A DNA stretch of 26,540 nucleotides from a virus (lineage: Duplodnaviria > Caudoviricetes): positions 1 through 26,540 of IMG/VR virus record IMGVR_UViG_3300012667_000160; one strand, written 5' to 3'. The translations under genes and the position numbers were made by a program. The notes below the pieces were generated by a model. The model made no database searches and had not been told where the DNA came from. It saw only the letters and a program-made list of their open reading frames with translations. Positions 24,195-26,540 of the stretch are shown here, piece by piece (position 1 is the stretch's first letter; every line of letters starts with the position of its first letter).

Positions 24195-25240
24195 CGCACA
24201 AACTTCCCATAAATGGTTGTACCCGCATCGCGAGTCCAAAGTAAGCACCAGTCTGTACCAGACGTTTGCAGAGTTACACCGTTAGAGGCGAATGTGGTTG
24301 TCGTTGCGCCTGTAGACGTAATCCAGTTAATAGTTGGCCATGTGATTGTACCAGCCGCGCCTAAGTTAACCCCTTCAATTAAAAGCTCACCTAAGTTACC
24401 TGATGGCGGCCAGTTAGTAATTGTTAGCGTAGGACTGCTTGAAGCCGTTGGTGCCCAGCGTTGCTGTGAGCCGTTGGTAAAATCTAAAGCCGCTGTGGTA
24501 GTGCTATTGTAGTAAACCCAACCTGTATCTTTACACATTATCCGAGTCAGTGAATAATCACCGCCCGTTAAATCGCCGCCTAGTGTTGATGCGTTAAGTG
24601 TAATGCCAGAAGGTAATGTAGGCGTACCAGATAAATTACCTGCTGTACCTGTAGTGTTTTGGTTAAATGTAGGCCATGTGAATGTGCCTGAACTAAAGTT
24701 ACCGCTGGTCGGGGTTCCAAGTATAGGTGTTACAAGTGTAGGGGACGTTGCAAATACGGCAGCTCCTGAGCCTGTTTCATCTGTCAGCATTGATGCTAAA
24801 TTAGCGCTTGATGGGGTAGCTAAGAATGTTGCTGCTCCTGTACCTAAACCAGACACCCCTGTAGAAATAGGAAGCCCACTACAACTAGTTAGCGTTCCGC
24901 TTGAGGGCGTACCTAAAGGGCCACTAGAATATACAGTACGTTCGGCAGGGTAAGTTACAAACACATCCTTAGTACCTGTAAGGAATACAACCAACGCTCC
25001 CGCATTACTAGAGGCTAAAACTGTGTCTCGACTTAACGTATTTCCAGAGGTTGTGTAGGTACCAATACCTACTTCCCAATTAGGGCCACCTTGGTCTGCA
25101 ATCGTATAAAAGGTAGTGTTGCTGTTACCAATAGCTGACGAGAAAGTCTGGCAGCCTGTCGCTGCCCCTGCTAATGTAATAGCGGTTATCCCTATTGAAG
25201 TGGTTGTTTCTCTAACTCTGTCAGCTATTACTAATGCCAT
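24191..25240 (-). CDS. Tail fibre protein (proximal part of cassette A)
   Basis: N-terminal MALVIADRVRETTT...WEVGIGTY...KDVFVTYPA domain and LGTPSSGTL/TDETGSGAAVFATSPTL shaft motifs. Confidence 0.75.
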   Translation of the reverse strand: MALVIADRVRETTTSIGITAITLAGAATGCQTFSSAIGNSNTTFYTIADQGGPNWEVGIGTYTTSGNTLSRDTVLASSNAGALVVFLTGTKDVFVTYPAERTVYSSGPLGTPSSGTLTSCSGLPISTGVSGLGTGAATFLATPSSANLASMLTDETGSGAAVFATSPTLVTPILGTPTSGNFSSGTFTWPTFNQNTTGTAGNLSGTPTLPSGITLNASTLGGDLTGGDYSLTRIMCKDTGWVYYNSTTTAALDFTNGSQQRWAPTASSSPTLTITNWPPSGNLGELLIEGVNLGAAGTITWPTINWITSTGATTTTFASNGVTLQTSGTDWCLLWTRDAGTTIYGKFVR

Positions 25241-25241
25241 C

Positions 25242-25421
25242 TTAAACCTCGACTAAATCGTCTTCTGCAAACCAACGCTCGTGTGAATCACCTTCAACAT
25301 TAACCCAAGAAATCAAATACTGAATGTCACCTTCTTGACTTACGCTAAGTGCACTAATCATGCCTTGAGGAGCAGGGACGCTCACTTTAACTTCTTGACC
25401 TACTTTAAAACTTGCAGCCAT
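25242..25421 (-). CDS. 59-aa small beta-barrel protein, SH3/KOW-like (not in the ORF track)
   Basis: AGGAG ribosome-binding site. Translation MAASFKVGQEVKVSVPAPQGMISALSVSQEGDIQYLISWVNVEGDSHERWFAEDDLVEV. It fills the gap between two tail genes exactly. Confidence 0.8.
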   Translation of the reverse strand: MAASFKVGQEVKVSVPAPQGMISALSVSQEGDIQYLISWVNVEGDSHERWFAEDDLVEV

Positions 25422-25430
25422 GATAATCTC

Positions 25431-25985
25431 CTAAACTGATGCGGTGAATGTGACAAGCAACGAATCACCCGAAGTAACACTTCTGTTACCTCCAGTAAAA
25501 CTACCTGCTGAGTAGAGTACACCTGTTGTAGTAGCACGTACTTGCGTTTGACACATTAAAGCCCCTGCAATAGTAGCTGTCGCATTGATACTAAAAGTCG
25601 TTGATGTAGAAGCTAATGAGCCAGATGATGCTGAACCCCACCCAACAGTAATGCGGTTAGTGCCAGAGTACGCTGTACTTTCAGTCCAGCCAGCATGGGA
25701 AGCTAATGTATCTCCAGCAGCATAAGTAGGTGACGTTGCACCATCAACAAGCCCCATGTACCATGCAGCGGTCCAAGCAGAACCCTTGAAATATTGTGTC
25801 AATAAATCATTTTTACCTACAGTTACCACTAAGTTTTCAATTGCGTCTACCCATTTAGTGGCACCATCTGAGCCCACACAGATAACATCATAGTGACCTT
25901 TAACTTTGGTTTGTTCCTGCATATCACCAGCGCGAGCAATCTCAGCGCCACTAACATCTACAGGGTTTAGTTTTTCTGATTGCAT
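25431..25985 (-). CDS. Putative tail structural protein
   Basis: 184 aa, beta-rich, with NLVVTVGKNDLL and LYSAGSFTGGNRSV..GDSLLVTF. It lies in the tail operon. Confidence 0.6.
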   Translation of the reverse strand: MQSEKLNPVDVSGAEIARAGDMQEQTKVKGHYDVICVGSDGATKWVDAIENLVVTVGKNDLLTQYFKGSAWTAAWYMGLVDGATSPTYAAGDTLASHAGWTESTAYSGTNRITVGWGSASSGSLASTSTTFSINATATIAGALMCQTQVRATTTGVLYSAGSFTGGNRSVTSGDSLLVTFTASV

Positions 25986-26002
25986 ATTGTTTACCTAATT
26001 AG

Positions 26003-26440
26003 TTATGAAAAGCATATTAAAGCTGTATTTGGAGCTGCTACGGGCATAGTAATTGTAAAAACCCCGTCAGTTGCAGACACATCAAGCCCAAAATTAAGAA
26101 CCAAAACTGCTTTATTTGATTGCGAGCTATTATATATTAAAGCACCTCTAGCGACTATATTTGTACCCGTCCACTCGGCGTTATCAAACGTAATATATGT
26201 CTGAGGTCCTGTTTGAGGTTGAGCTACAGTTATAGATTGTCCAGTAAGTATTTTACCGCCAGCGGTATACCCAGTAGCTACAACTTGCCCTGTCGTGGTA
26301 TATACAGTTGTAGTAGCCCCAATTTGAGCTACGTCAGTGTAAAGCGCTATTTTAAAAACATCTCCGCCAATAGCAGAAAAGTTATGAACCCCTTGAAACA
26401 GTTCTTCTCGAAAGCTATTGCATAAACATTGAGTAATCAT
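26003..26440 (-). CDS. Putative tail structural protein
   Basis: AGGA ribosome-binding site. Motifs NSFREELFQGVHNF, FKIALYT, GYTAGG and ARGALIYN. Confidence 0.65.
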   Translation of the reverse strand: MITQCLCNSFREELFQGVHNFSAIGGDVFKIALYTDVAQIGATTTVYTTTGQVVATGYTAGGKILTGQSITVAQPQTGPQTYITFDNAEWTGTNIVARGALIYNSSQSNKAVLVLNFGLDVSATDGVFTITMPVAAPNTALICFS

Positions 26441-26447
26441 AACTTTC

Positions 26448-26540
26448 CTATCTCACAGCAATTCTAGTTTGACCAGAACGGTATGCGTCTTGGCGTTGTT
26501 TACCATCTCCAAGCGCTTTTAAGATACCTAGTGCTTCCAT
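26448..26540 (-). CDS. C-terminal fragment of a probable head-tail adaptor; 5' end lies outside the window
   Basis: It reads MEALGILKALGDGKQRQDAYRSGQTRIAVR then TAG. The pattern is recalled from podoviral adaptor C-termini. Confidence 0.5.
   Translation of the reverse strand: MEALGILKALGDGKQRQDAYRSGQTRIAVR

Noticed and set aside
24191-24280. Programmed -1 frameshift fusing fibre base A to the LamG tip
   Set aside because: TAT GGG AAG is not a proper slippery heptamer. ATGA coupling is sufficient.
1-26540. Alternative genetic code, introns or inteins
   Set aside because: Genes tile densely in the standard code, all three stop codons end genes, and no intein or intron signatures were seen.

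Overview
Part of a tailed dsDNA phage genome with short-tailed (podovirus, P22-like) gene order. No host genes, RNA genes, CRISPR array or integrase are visible. The + strand (1-5022) is a replication module: SNF2-type helicase C-terminus, a missed 42-aa membrane protein, a perfect sigma70 promoter, a conserved hypothetical protein, an excisionase-like HTH protein, a putative ssDNA-binding protein and a primase-helicase. It converges at a hairpin terminator (about 5028-5050) on a long - strand late operon. That operon encodes a head-tail adaptor fragment, tail proteins, two three-gene tail-fibre cassettes, holin and M15 endolysin, a tail nozzle, a GNAT-like protein and four large internal/ejection-type proteins, the last a 1928-aa polyvalent protein. 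The most striking unexplained signal is a peptide motif, [FYM]-[A/S/D]-x-G-G-x-[ILVT]. It occurs eight times in the four internal proteins, mostly at apparent module boundaries. A 503-aa protein carries a domain resembling the one that follows FATGG/YATGG in tape-measure C-termini. Together these suggest a possible tag-and-process (or tag-and-package) system for injected cargo. All family assignments are by motif recognition from memory; no searches were run.
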